Shown: positions 1 to 13,784 of the stretch, one piece after another | Layout: each line of letters starts with the position of its first letter | Numbering within the stretch: the first letter of the stretch is position 1 | Position numbers and translations under genes: made by a program | Assembly: GCA_950097015.1 (NCBI GenBank) | Contig: CATNEN010000039.1 | Location: 19,220,001-19,284,000 of the forward strand | Length of the DNA: 64,000 nucleotides | Direction of reading: 5' to 3' | Origin: Macrostomum hystrix | Lineage: Eukaryota > Animalia > Platyhelminthes | The notes under the pieces: model-generated | What the model was told of the DNA's origin: nothing | The model's input: the letters and a program-made list of their open reading frames with translations, nothing else | The model's database searches: none

Positions 1-690
1 TAAGATCCCATTCTCAAATTTATCCCAAGACCCAATATCCCAATTATCCGGTAAGATCCCATTCTCAAATTAATCCAAAGACCCAATATCCCAATTATCC
101 GGTAAGATCCCATTCTCAAATTTATCCCAAGACCCAATATCCCAATTATCCGGTAAGATCCCATTCTCAAATTAATCCCAAGTGTCAATTTCCCAATTAT
201 CCGGTAAGATCCCATTCTCAAATTTATCCCAAGACCCAATATCCGAATTATCCGGTAAGATCCCATTCTCAAATTTATCCCAAGACCCAATATCCCAATT
301 ATCCGGTAAGATCCCATTCTCAAATTAATCCCAAGTGTCAATTTCCCAATTATCCGGTAAGATCCCATTCTCAAATTAATCCAAAGACCCAATATCCCAA
401 TAATCCGGTAAGATCCCATTCTCAAATTTATCCCAAGACCCAATATCCCAATTATCCGGTAAGATCCCATTCTCAAATTAATCCCAAGTGTCAATTTCCC
501 AATTATCCGGTAAGATCCCATTCTCAAATTAATCCAAAGACCCAATATCCCAATAATCCGGTAAGATCCCATTCTCAAATTTATCCCAAGACCCAATATC
601 CCAATTATCCGGTAAGATCCCATTCTCAAATTAATCCTAAGACCAAATATCCCAATTATCCGGTAAGATCCCATTGTCAAATTGATCTCT
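1..690. repeat. 51-bp minisatellite (TAAGATCCCATTCTCAAATTTATCCCAAGACCCAATATCCCAATTATCCGG), truncated by the window start
   Basis: Unit starts at 1, 52, 103 and so on; about 13 copies with a few recurring variants. Confidence 0.95.
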
Positions 691-1687
691 AATATTCTTT
701 AAGAATTCGTGTACTAGTAAGAAATTTCCTAAATAATCCCTGATGATACATTTCTCTTTTTTCCTGGAAAGCATATTTTGATTTTAGCGGGTATATTCAT
801 TTTTTAATCCTGAGATTTGAAATATTTGAATCCTAGACTGTCTAAATAGATCTCCAGTTAATTTCATGCAAAGGAAGACTACTTAAAGTAACTAGGGTCT
901 AGGATGCAAAACAGTGTTAGCATTGTCGGCAAGAATATGTTGATTTAAAATTAACTTCGCCTGGCTCGATGCCATGACGTGATCAATAGCCATGTTACCT
1001 GTCTTCTATATGTAAAAGGGGGACTAGTTTTGGTCCCTCTCCCAAAAAATTTTGTTACTACACTGCAGGTCAGTTGCAAAATAAAACAGAAAAGTTAACG
1101 ACTTTACCTTGATTTTTGCTGCCCCAACAATGCGCTAATTTGCCTACTGATTAGTAGGCATGTAAGTTTATTGCTATCCTTTTTATCGTTGCCCAAATTT
1201 ACGATAAAATTCTTCAGACTCAAACGATAAGTGTCACCTTCCACACTTTACCAAAAGCAAAATTAACACCTGCCACTTTTGTTGCTGATCGTGTGATAAA
1301 TTTAATTGTTTCTGTTTTTATTGTCCGTTTCAATTTATTCTAGACTTACTTTTCAAACTGCGAACCTATAGACTGATTGAGTTTACTGAGGTACATGTGC
1401 ACTAAATCATTTAGCCATTGTTCTATGCTAATTATTATTGTGTCCCATGTACAGTGTGACTAAGCGAATCCTTTTAATAATTGCAAGCAAAATTATATAT
1501 GCCGTTTTATGTAACACTTTTTAGCTAAGACAAATTAAAAACTACATTTGCTAACTATTCACCGCCTGTATAAACAGGAACTGCTCGTAGCCTTTTGGAG
1601 CACAACTCAAACAGCACTAGCGCTCTAGCCTTCTGCCTACTGTCATTGCTGATCAACTCATTTGCCTTCTTACCTCCTTTTCTATTG

Positions 1688-3410
1688 CTGTCAATCAAAC
1701 CTTCCCTGCTGTCAAACCTTCCCTCCCTGCTGTCAAACCTTCCCTGCTGTCAAACCTTCCCTGCTGTCAAACCTTCCCTGCTGTCAAACCTTCCCTGCTG
1801 TCAAACCTTCCCTGCTGTCAAACCTTCCCTCCCTGCTGTCAAACCTTCCCTCCCTGCTGTCAAACCTTCCCTCCCTGCTGTCAAACCTTCCGTGCTGTCA
1901 AACCTTCCGTGCTGTCAAACCTTCCCTGCTATCAAACCTTCCCTCCCTGCTGTCAAACCTTCCTTCCCTGCTGTCAAACCTTCCCTGCTGTCAAACCTTC
2001 CCTGCTGTCAAACCTTCCCTCCCTGCTGTCAAACCTTCCCTGCTGTCAAACCTTCCCTCCTGCCAAACCTTCCCTGCTGTCAAACCTTCCCTGCTGTCAT
2101 ATCTTCCCTGCTGTCAAACCTTCCCTGCTGCCAAACCTTCCCTGCTGTCAAACCTTCCCTCCCTGCTGTCAAACCTTCCCTGCTGTCAAACCTTCCCTGC
2201 TGTCAAACCTTCCCTGCTGTCAAACCTTCCCTGCTGTCATACCTTCCCTGCTGTCAAACCTTCCCTCCTGCCAAACCTTCCCTGCTGTCAAACCTTCCCT
2301 GCTGTCATATCTTCCCTGCTGTCAAACCTTCCCTGCTGCCAAACCTTCCCTGCTGTCAAACCTTCCCTCCCTGCTGTCAAACCTTCCCTGCTGTCAAACC
2401 TTCCCTGCTGTCAAACCTTCCCTGCTGTCAAACCTTCCCTGCTGTCATACCTTCCCAGCTGTCATACCTTCCCAGCTGTCATACCTTCCCTGCTGTCAAA
2501 CCTTCCCTCCCTGCTGTCAAACCTTCCCTGCTGTCAAACCTTCCCTCCCTGCTGTCAAACCTTCCCTGCTGTCAAACCTTCCCTGCTGTCAAACCTTCCC
2601 TGCTGTCAAACCTTCCCTGCTGTCAAACCTTCCCTGCTGTCAAACCTTCCCTCCCTGCTGTCAAACCTTCCCTCCCTGCTGTCAAACCTTCCCTGCTGTC
2701 AAACCTTCCCTGCTGTCAAACCTTCCCTGCTATCAAACCTTCCCTCACTGCTGTCAAACCTTCCCTCCCTGCTGTCAAACCTTCCCTGCTGTCAAACCTT
2801 CCCTGCTGTCAAACCTTCCCTGCTGTCAAACCTTCCCTGCTGTCAAACCTTCCCTGCTGTCAAACCTTCCCTGCTGTCAAACCTTCCCTGCTGTCAAACC
2901 TTCCCTGCTGTCAAACCTTCCCTGCTGTCAAACCTTCCCTGCTGTCAAACCTTCCCTGCTGTCAAACCTTCCCTGCTGTCAAACCTTCCCTGCTGTCAAA
3001 CCTTCCCTGCTGTCAAACCTTCCCTGCTGTCAAACCTTCCCTGCTGTCAAACCTTCCCTCCTGCCAAACCTTCCCTGCTGTCAAACCTTCCCTGCTGTCA
3101 TATCTTCCCTGCTGTCAAACCTTCCCTGCTGCCAAACCTTCCCTGCTGTCAAACCTTCCCTCCCTGCTGTCAAACCTTCCCTGCTGTCAAACCTTCCCTG
3201 CTGTCAAACCTTCCCTGCTGCCAAACCTTCCCTGCTGTCAAACCTTCCCTGCTGTCAAACGTTCCCTGCTGTCAAACCTTCCCTGCTGTCATACCTTCCC
3301 TGCTGTCAAACCTTCCCTGCTGTCATACCTTCCCTGCTGTCAAACCTTCCCTGCTGTCATACCTTCCCTGCTGTCAAACCTTCCCTGCTGTCATACCTTC
3401 CCTGCTGTCA
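1688..3410. repeat. 17-bp minisatellite (GCTGTCAAACCTTCCCT) with 21-bp variants
   Basis: Directly visible; explains the three stop-free frames (17-aa repeat = 3 units). Confidence 0.97.
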
Positions 3411-3804
3411 GAACGTCCCATTTTACAGTATGTATAGCAATGGGATACTATATCTAAGCGCCAAAGTATATTCGTATTAAATTACATATTTAAAGCACCA
3501 TTATCTCCTGCTGCAGCTTGACTGAATACAGGCCGTGGTGGGCCTCCATTTCGAGCGACTGTATTTTTTGTTGATTCTAGCAGAGACAATGGGCTTGTAA
3601 CCCAGCCAGCTATTCCAAACTCATTGCGCTTAAGTTCCGCACTGTTTAGCATGTATATATAAGGTTTATTTTTTCAGTCTTTGTGAGTCTAAACTAAATT
3701 CCAAGCTACGAGTAAATAACCGCCAAGTGAGCTGACTTCAGTCAGAGAACGCTTTTGCTAAGACTGATTGCCGATAACAATGACTGCTACTGAATGCGTT
3801 CGAC

Positions 3805-6800
3805 TGTGATCATTCAGTGTGTCAGTCATTATCCTGTGATCATTCAGTGTGTCAGTCATTATCCTGTGATCATTCAGTGTGTCAGTCATTATCCTGTGAT
3901 CATTCAGTGTGTCAGTCATTATCCTGTGATCATTCAGTGTGTCAGTCATTATCCTGTGATCATTCAGTGTGTCAGTCATTATCCTGTGATCATTCAGTGT
4001 GTCAGTCATTATCCTGTGATCATTCAGTGTGTCAGTCATTATCCTGTGATCATTCAGTGTGTCAGTCATTATCCTGTGATCATTCAGAGTGTCAGTCATT
4101 ATCCTGTGATCATTCAGAGTGTCAGTCATTATCCTGTGATCATTCAGTGTGTCAGTTATTATCCTGTGATCATTCAGTGTGTCAGTCATTATCCTGTGAT
4201 CATTCAGTGTGTCAGTCATTATCCTGTGATCATTCAGAGTGTCAGTCATTATCCTGTGATCATTCAGTGTGTCAGTCATTATCCTGTGATCATTCAGTGT
4301 GTCAGTCATTATCCTGTGATGATTCAGTGTGTCAGTCATTATCCTGTGATCATTCAGTGTGTCCGTCAATATCCTGTGATCATTCAGTGTGTCAGTCATT
4401 ATCCTGTGATTATTCAGTGTGTCAGTCATTATCCTGTGATCATTCAGTGTGTCAGTCATTATCCTGTGATCATTCAGTGTGTCAGTCATTATCCTGTGAT
4501 CATTCAGAGTGTCAGTCATTATCCTGTGATCATTCAGAGTGTCAGTCATTATCCTGTGATCATTCAGTGTGTCAGTTATTATCCTGTGATCATTCAGTGT
4601 GTCAGTCATTATCCTGTGATCATTCAGTGTGTCAGTCATTATCCTGTGATCATTCAGTGTGTCAGTCATTATCCTGTGATCATTCAGAGTGTCAGTCATT
4701 ATCCTGTGATCATTCAGTGTGTCAGTCATTATCCTGTGATCATTCAGTGTGTCAGTCATTATCCTGTGATGATTCAGTGTGTCAGTCATTATCCTGTGAT
4801 CATTCAGTGTGTCCGTCAATATCCTGTGATCATTCAGTGTGTCAGTCATTATCCTGTGATCATTCAGTGTGTCAGTCATTACCCTGTGATTGTTCAGTGT
4901 GTCAGTCATTATCCTGTGATTATTCAGTGTGTCAGTCATTATCCTGTGATCATTCAGTGTGTCAGTCATTATCATGTGATCATTCAGTGTGTCAGTCATT
5001 ATCCTGTGATCATTCAGTGTGTCAGTCATTATCCTGTGATCATTCAGTGTGTCAGTCATTATCCTGTGATCATTCAGTGTGTCAGTCATTATCCTGTGAT
5101 CATTCAGTGTGTCAGTCATTATCCTGTGATCATTCTGTGTGTTAGTTATTATCCTGTGATCATTCAGTGTGTCAGTCATTATCCTGTGATCATTCAGTGT
5201 GTCAGTCATTATCAGTCATTATCCTGTGATCATTCAGTCATTATCCTGTGATCATTCAGTGTGTCAGTCATTATCCTGTGATCATTCAGTGTGTCAGTCA
5301 TTATCCTGTGATTGTTCAGTGTGTCAGTCATTATCCTGTGATTATTCAGTGTGTCAGTCATTATCCTGTGATTATTCAGTGTGTCAGTCATTATCCTGTG
5401 ATTATTCAGTGTGTCAGTCATTATCCTGTGATCATTCAGTGTGTCAGTCATTATTCTGTGATCATTCAGTGTGTCAGTCATTATCCTGTGATCATTCAGT
5501 GTGTCAGTCATTATCCTGTGATCATTCAGTGTGTCAGTCATTATCCTGTGATCATTCAGTGTGTCAGTCATTATCCTGTGATTGTTCAGTGTGTCAGTCA
5601 TTATCCTGTGATCATTCAGTGTGTCAGTCATTATCCTGTGATGATTCAGTGTGTCAGTCATTATCCTGTGATCATTCAGTGTGTCAGTCATTATCCTGTG
5701 ATTGTTCAGTGTGTCAGTCATTATCCTGTGATTATTCAGTGTGTCAGTCATTATCCTGTGATTATTCAGTGTGTCAGTCATTATCCTGTGATCATTCAGT
5801 GTGTCAGTCATTATCCTGTGATCATTCAGTGTGTCAGTCATTATCCTGTGATCATTCAGAGTGTCAGTCATTATCCTGTGATCATTCAGAGTGTCAGTCA
5901 TTATCCTGTGATCATTCAGTGTGTCAGTCATTATCCTGTGATCATTCAGTGTGTCAGTCATTATCCTGTGATCATTCAGTGTGTCAGTCATTATCCTGTG
6001 ATCATTCAGTGTGTCAGTCATTATCCTGTGATCATTCAGAGTGTCAGTCATTATCCTGTGATCATTCAGTGTGTCAGTCATTATCCTGTGATCATTCAGT
6101 GTGTCAGTCATTATCCTGTGATCATTCAGTGTGTCAGTCATTATCCTGTGATCATTCAGTGTGTCCGTCAATATCCTGTGATCATTCAGTGTGTCAGTCA
6201 TTATCCTGTGATCATTCAGTGTGTCAGTCATTATCCTGTGATCATTCAGTGTGTCAGTCATTATCCTGTGATTGTTCAGTGTGTCAGTCATTATCCTGTG
6301 ATTATTCAGTGTGTCAGTCATTATCCTGTGATCATTCAGTGTGTCAGTCATTATCATGTGATCATTCAGTGTGTCAGTCATTATCCTGTGATCATTCAGT
6401 GTGTCAGTCATTATCCTGTGATCATTCAGTGTGTCAGTCATTATCCTGTGATCATTCAGTGTGTCAGTCATTATCCTGTGATCATTCAGTGTGTCAGTCA
6501 TTATCCTGTGATCATTCAGTGTGTCAGTCATTATCCTGTGATCATTCTGTGTGTTAGTTATTATCCTGTGATCATTCAGTGTGTCAGTCATTATCCTGTG
6601 ATCATTCAGTGTGTCAGTCATTATCAGTCATTATCCTGTGATCATTCAGTCATTATCCTGTGATCATTCAGTGTGTCAGTCATTATCCTGTGATCATTCA
6701 GTGTGTCAGTCATTATCCTGTGATTGTTCAGTGTGTCAGTCATTATCCTGTGATTATTCAGTGTGTCAGTCATTATCCTGTGATTATTCAGTGTGTCAGT

Positions 6801-7418
6801 CATTATCCTGTGATTATTCAGTGTGTCAGTCATTATCCTGTGATCATTCAGTGTGTCAGTCATTATTCTGTGATCATTCAGTGTGTCAGTCATTATCCTG
6901 TGATCATTCAGTGTGTCAGTCATTATCCTGTGATCATTCAGTGTGTCAGTCATTATCCTGTGATCATTCAGTGTGTCAGTCATTATCCTGTGATTGTTCA
7001 GTGTGTCAGTCATTATCCTGTGATCATTCAGTGTGTCAGTCATTATCCTGTGATGATTCAGTGTGTCAGTCATTATCCTGTGATCATTCAGTGTGTCAGT
7101 CATTATCCTGTGATTGTTCAGTGTGTCAGTCATTATCCTGTGATTATTCAGTGTGTCAGTCATTATCCTGTGATTATTCAGTGTGTCAGTCATTATCCTG
7201 TGATCATTCAGTGTGTCAGTCATTATCCTGTGATCATTCAGTGTGTCAGTCATTATCCTGTGATCATTCAGTGTGTCAGTCATTATCCTGTGATCATTCA
7301 GTGTGTCAGTCATTATCCTGTGATCATTCAGTGTGTCAGTCATTATCCTGTGATCATTCAGTGTGTCAGTCATTATCCTGTGATCATTCAGTGTGGCAGT
7401 CATTATCCTGTGATTGTT
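3805..7418 (+). repeat. 30-bp satellite (GTGATCATTCAGTGTGTCAGTCATTATCCT) with higher-order structure
   Basis: About 120 copies; the same phase-slip signature occurs at about 5211 and 6623 (1412 bp apart). Confidence 0.97.
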
Positions 7419-9078
7419 CTTGTACGACAGAGCAAGAAAGAGCAATTTTTTTATTGTTGCTCATCTCTCTCCCCTCATGCGACTTTAGCTACAGGAAAAT
7501 ATTGCAAATACACAAGACTGCGAAGCATGTTCATCACGTGAAGCTACGCGCTTTGGCAACAAAAGCCAACAACCGGATTTGGCTGGCCTGCCGACTTGCC
7601 TAACTCTCTGTTTTAGATGGGTGGCAAAGTAATCTTCTGTAAAACAGTCACGCTCGCTCCGCGTGCTCCGTTTGAGACTTCAATTTCAGTTAAAATGTAG
7701 CTGCAACTTCTCTTCCAGAGGCCATCAGTGGCGTGGCGTGTTTGTTGCTTTCCGATTTGCCCCAAATACGCGGCAAAAAATTCGCGTCAATGCCCAAGAG
7801 AGAGGCCTTTGAAAATTTAACTCAACACATTTGTCATGGAAACGGAAACAAATATTGCAAACTGCTTTGCAATTGCACACAGGATAGACAAAATTAATGC
7901 TGCCTAACAAGAATGGGATTACATCCTAGTGATTATTCAGTGTGTCAGTCATTATCCTGTGATTATTCAGTGTGTCAGTCATTATCCTGTGATCATTCAG
8001 TGTGTCAGTCATTATCCTGTGATCATTCAGTGTGTCAGTCATTATTCTGTGATCATTCAGTGTGTCAGTCATTATCCTGTGATCATTCAGTGTGTCAGTC
8101 ATTATCCTGTGATCATTCAGTGTGTCAGTCATTATCCTGTGATCATTCAGTGTGTCAGTCATTATCCTGTGATTGTTCAGTGTGTCAGTCATTATCCTGT
8201 GATCATTCAGTGTGTCAGTCATTATCCTGTGATGATTCAGTGTGTCAGTCATTATCCTGTGATCATTCAGTGTGTCAGTCATTATCCTGTGATTGTTCAG
8301 TGTGTCAGTCATTATCCTGTGATTATTCAGTGTGTCAGTCATTATCCTGTGATTATTCAGTGTGTCAGTCATTATCCTGTGATCATTCAGTGTGTCAGTC
8401 ATTATCCTGTGATCATTCAGTGTGTCAGTCATTATCCTGTGATCATTCAGTGTGTCAGTCATTATCCTGTGATCATTCAGTGTGTCAGTCATTATCCTGT
8501 GATCATTCAGTGTGTCAGTCATTATCCTGTGATCATTCAGTGTGGCAGTCATTATCCTGTGATTGTTCTTGTACGACAGAGCAAGAAAGAGCAATTTTTT
8601 TATTGTTGCTCATCTCTCTCCCCTCATGCGACTTTAGCTACAGGAAAATATTGCAAATACACAAGACTGCGAAGCATGTTCATCACGTGAAGCTACGCGC
8701 TTTGGCAACAAAAGCCAACAACCGGATTTGGCTGGCCTGCCGACTTGCCTAACTCTCTGTTTTAGATGGGTGGCAAAGTAATCTTCTGTAAAACAGTCAC
8801 GCTCGCTCCGCGTGCTCCGTTTGAGACTTCAATTTCAGTTAAAATGTAGCTGCAACTTCTCTTCCAGAGGCCATCAGTGGCGTGGCGTGTTTGTTGCTTT
8901 CCGATTTGCCCCAAATACGCGGCAAAAAATTCGCGTCAATGCCCAAGAGAGAGGCCTTTGAAAATTTAACTCAACACATTTGTCATGGAAACGGAAACAA
9001 ATATTGCAAACTGCTTTGCAATTGCACACAGGATAGACAAAATTAATGCTGCCTAACAAGAATGGGATTACATCCTAG
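6781..9078 (+). repeat. Tandem segmental duplication, period 1149 bp (satellite plus about 510 bp of unique sequence)
   Basis: 7419-7929 reappears at 8568-9078 essentially identically; ORFs 7725..7910 and 8874..9059 are duplicates. Confidence 0.93.
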
Positions 9079-10187
9079 ACTAGATCCCTCCTATAAGACT
9101 AGATTCCACCCATCAGACTAGATCCCTCCTATCAGACTAGATTCCACCCATCAGACTAGATCCCTCCTATCAGACTAGATCCCTCCTATCAGACTAGATC
9201 CCTCCTATCAGACTAGATCCCTGCTATCAGACTAGATCCCTCCTATCAGACTAGATCCCTCCTATCAGACTAGATCCCTCTTATCAGACTAGATCCCTCC
9301 TATCAGACTAGATCCCTCTTATCAGACTAGATCCCTCCTATCAGACTAGATCCCTCCTATCAGACTAGATTCCACCCATCAGACTAGATCCCTCCTATCA
9401 GACTAGATTCCACCCATCAGACTAGATCCCTCCTATCAGACTAGATCCCTCCTATCAGACTAGATCCCTGCTATCAGACTAGATCCCTCCTATCAGACTA
9501 GATCCCTCTTATCAGACTAGATCCCTCCTATCAGACTAGATCCCTCCTATCAGACTAGATCCCTCCTATCAGACTAGATCCCTCTTATCAGACTAGATCC
9601 CTCTTATCAGACTAGATCCCTCCTATCAGACTAGATCCCTCTTATCAGACTATAGATCCCTCCTATTAGACTAGATCCCACCCATCAAACTAGATCCTAC
9701 CCATCAGACTAGATCCCACCCATCAGACTAGATCCTATTCATCAGACTAGATCCCATCAATCAGGCTAGATCCCACCCATCAGACTAGATCCCATCCTAT
9801 CCCAGATCCCATCCTATCTCAGATTCCATCCATCCCAGATCCCATCCTATCTCAGATCCCATCCATCCCAGATCCCATCCTATCTCAGATTCCACCCATC
9901 CCAGATCCCATCCTATCTCAGATCCCATCCATCCCAGATCCCATCCATCCCAGATCCCATCCCATCCCAGATCCCATCCTATCCCAGATCCCATCCATCC
10001 CAGATCCCATCCTATCCCAGATCCCATCCTATCCCAGATCCCATCCTATCCCAGATCCCATCCTATCCCAGATCCCATCCATCCCAGATCCCATCCTATC
10101 CCAGATCCCATCCCATCCCAGATCCCATCCTATCCCAGATCCCATCCCATCCCAGATCCCATCCATCCCAGATCCTATCCTATCCCA
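9078..10187. repeat. Composite minisatellite: 19-bp CCCTCCTATCAGACTAGAT grading into 16-17-bp ATCCCAGATCCCATCC(T)
   Basis: Directly visible; transition zone about 9660-9800. Confidence 0.93.
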
Positions 10188-10745
10188 GTGAATACATCAG
10201 CACGTGATATCAAACTAGCAAAATTGAAAGCGAAATCGTGTGCACATTCTGTCGCCTCTCGTGTAATGCACGTCTCTCGGACGTCAAAGGCCCCCGAATC
10301 CGATGGAGAATTCTTGTGAGCGGACAGGATCAGGCCGGCTATTACTAAGGCAACTCTCCCTGGACTCAATATTTTTAGCTAGACAGACAGAAGACATGTC
10401 CCCGAGTGAGAAACACGGGGCTTCGGGGGGGGGTAGGGAGAGAGAGGCAGAGGGAGTGTGAGAGCAGTGTACTCAGTGTGTAAGCAAGTTTCAACGTGTA
10501 CACTTTCAGCCGGGTACTGTACACCCTTACTTTAGGGTAAGGCAAACCCAAGTTTTAGTCCAGTATTTTCAAATCGACCTTGGATACAAAACAACCTTGA
10601 GTTTTCTAGCACTTTGCTGTTGCACTTCTAATAGTCTGTTTCCGTGTGTTCTCTATCGGATTTGACCGCCCTTGATCCGATCTACATGCCATTCTGCCCC
10701 TGCTGACCGAAATCAACCCGCTCTCAATAACTTATTCAGTGTGAA

Positions 10746-11841
10746 ATGCTCAATGATCACAGGATAATGACTGACACACTGAATGATCACAGGATAATGA
10801 CTGACACACTGAATGATCACAGGATAATGACTGACACACTGAATGATCACAGGATAATGACTGACACACTGAATGATCACAGGATAATGACTGACACACT
10901 GAATGATCACAGGATATTGACCGACACACTGAATGATCACAGGATATTGACTGACACACTGAATGATCACAGGATATCGACTGACACACTGAATGATCAC
11001 AGGATAATGACTGACACACTGAATGATCACAGGATAATGACTGACACACTGAATGATCACAGGATAATGACTGACACACTGAATGATCACAGGATAATGA
11101 CTGACACACTGAATCATCACAGGATAATGACTGACACACTGAATGATCACAGGATAATGACTGACACACTGAATGATCACAGGATATTGACTGACACACT
11201 GAATGATCACAGGATAATGACTGACACACTGAATGATCACAGGATATTGACTGACACACTGAATGATCACAGGATAATGACTGACACACTGAATGATCAC
11301 AGGATAATGACTGACACACTGAATGATCACAGGATATTGACGGACACACTGAATGATCACAGGATAATGACTGACACACTGAATGATCACAGGATATTGA
11401 CTGACACACTGAATGATCACAGGATAATGACTGACACACTGAATGATCACAGGATAATGACTGACACTCTGAATGATCACAGGATAATGACTGACACACT
11501 GAATGATCACAGGATAATGACTGACACACTGAATGATCACAGGATATTGACCGACACACTGAATGATCACAGGATAATGACTGACACACTGAATGATCAC
11601 AGGATAATGACTGACACACTGAATGATCACAGGATAATGACTGACACACTGAATGATCACAGGATAATGACTGACACACTGAATGATCACAGGATAATGA
11701 CTGACACACTGAATGAACACAGGATAATGACTGACACACTGAATGATCACAGGATAATGACTGACACACTGAATAATCACAGGATAATGACTGACACACT
11801 GAATGATCACAGGATAATGACTGACACACTGAATGATCACA
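10746..11841 (-). repeat. 30-bp satellite, inverted relative to 3805-7418
   Basis: Unit AGGATAATGACTGACACACTGAATGATCAC is the reverse complement of the upstream unit; about 36 copies. Confidence 0.97.
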
Positions 11842-13243
11842 GTCGAACGCATTCAGTAGCAGTCATTGTTATCGGCAATCAGTCTTAGCAAAAGCGTTCT
11901 CTGACTGAAGTCAGCTCACTTGGCGGTTATTTACTCGTAGCTTGGAATTTAGTTCAGACGCACAAAGACTGAAAACATAAACCATATATATACACGCTAA
12001 ACAGTGCGGAACTTAAGCGCAATGAGTTGTGTGTGTGTACAGTGTGTACTGTGTGTACAGTTTGCACTCAGAGCGCCGTGTGTGTACAGTCTGCAGAGGA
12101 CGCACAAACTTTAGCAACATTTTTTGCTCAGACCACCCGTCAACCCATAGCCACCGTGTGTTTGAGTTGAGCTAACCTTGAGTAGCAAGGACAGACTTAG
12201 CCATTTTTCTTTACCTACTAATACTGAAATCGCACTGCTCAGAATTTAATTGAGCTCACTCATATTGTGTCCAAGTGCAACTCACCCACCCATGTTTATT
12301 TGGTACGCCCTCCAAATTTTTTATGTAAACAACTTTTGCTGGTCAACAACAGTTTAATAAGATTGTTAATTATTAAGGTTATAATTTCGGTTAGTACGTT
12401 TCAGGTGAGAAATGTGTCGGAAATCGGGACCCGGAAAATGTTTCGATAAGATCCATTCTTACTGATTTATGGCGTCGCTAGAAAATAGAATAAGGCGAAA
12501 TGAATTAAAATAGCTTTAATTACGGTTTTGAAAAGTGCCGACTATATATATATTTACTCTTATCTGTTTGTTTTATTTGTAACTTATTTGTCTGGCATTA
12601 TTAGTCTTATTCAAGACTAATTTGTTTATCAGAGTTATTAAAACGAAGTTTAACAGTCGCAAAGCAGTGCTGACCTTACAACTGAAAGATTCAAATGAAG
12701 TTCATCGTAGAGCTTATAAAGATCCAAGCCTTACTAAGGATTGCTTTCCATTGTACATATGGAACTAAGGGTTTGACAGAACTGAAATGCTATTGGTCGG
12801 GGAACGACTGACCTTTGAGGCGATGGTCCCCGGCCAATTAGAATAGGCCTGGTAATTCTGAAGGACAACAAGCGCTGTTAAAAAACCCAAGTCTATCCCG
12901 CGGCCTTAAAGTGCAACTGCAGACAAACAGCGCGCGTGCGTGCGCGCTGAGGAAGAGAAGGGAGTAAGGAGAGAGAATGGGCGGGTTGGGACAGTCTGGG
13001 ACAGGGGGTTTGGGGGGTGGGGGCTGTTTTCTAAGTTGCGAAGCCCTAATTTTTTTCTGCCTGGCAAGGAAGGCAAGCCCAGCCCAGTGCAGCGCAGCCA
13101 CCCATTTTCTTTCTAAAACTAAATGAACTTATTTTGACGCTTTTGCACTGGCGTTCTCTATGTCCCCCACGTTTTAGCTCTAAAACCCGCCCAGCCACCC
13201 ACCCCGTGCTCCAGCCACCTTCACTGTGTTCCAAGCGAAGCAG

Positions 13244-13705
13244 CCAATGAGAGCGTAAGGGCAGCCAGCGCCGGCCTTCGCAGAAGATTATAGAAAAAGA
13301 AACAGCCCCCCGTGCCTAACTCCAGCATTATTTTGCCTGCCCTGCTCTAAGCCGCACTCGACAACAAAGGAAAAGTTTTTTGACTTAAAATAGAGAACAA
13401 TCTTTCCCATTATCATTCCTTCGTTTGCCCGACAGCCAATCAGCGTGCTACACAAGCCGGAACAAACTCCCCTGCCAATTTCCCAATCCCAAAAACATTC
13501 ATAACGGCAGCGCAGTTCTATCAGTCGAGCAGCCAGCATCGAAAGACAGCTCTCTGATTCGTTGGCCAACTCAGTTCAACAAACAATCATCTGCTCCGGT
13601 TTCAGCTCTTCAGAACAATAGACTGGTATTATTTTACTCCGGTTGTCGTTAACGAGAAGGAGAACCAATCAAAAGTTCTGATATATAACCTAACCTTATA
13701 AATAG
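13244..13705 (+). promoter_or_regulatory. Pol II promoter of the nuclear receptor: multiple CCAAT boxes and a TATA box
   Basis: CCAAT at 13244, 13436, 13475 and 13665; TATAAATA at 13697, 88 nt upstream of the ATG at 13785. Confidence 0.6.
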
Positions 13706-13784
13706 AGCTTAGCAGGCGGCGCTGCAACAGATTCTCGCTGCGAACAGTAGATTTTATTGAGCAATATCGAAACCAGTTTGAGCA

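Larger units (their letters stand above)
3618..12028. mobile_element. Large inverted repeat (foldback-like, or two opposed copies of a satellite-bearing element); each arm is about 187 bp of unique sequence plus the 30-bp satellite
   Basis: 3618-3804 is the near-identical reverse complement of about 11842-12028; both adjoin the same 30-bp satellite in opposite orientations; no TSD seen. Confidence 0.65.

Noticed and set aside
3805-8570. CRISPR-like array (30-bp repeats)
   Set aside because: Head-to-tail units with no spacers, no cas genes, and a eukaryotic context
1595-11888. Long ORFs (PAVKPSLLSNLPCCQTF, MTDTLNDHRI, CQSLSCDHSV)
   Set aside because: Translations of 17- and 30-bp satellites, open in several frames and strands at once; no unique coding context
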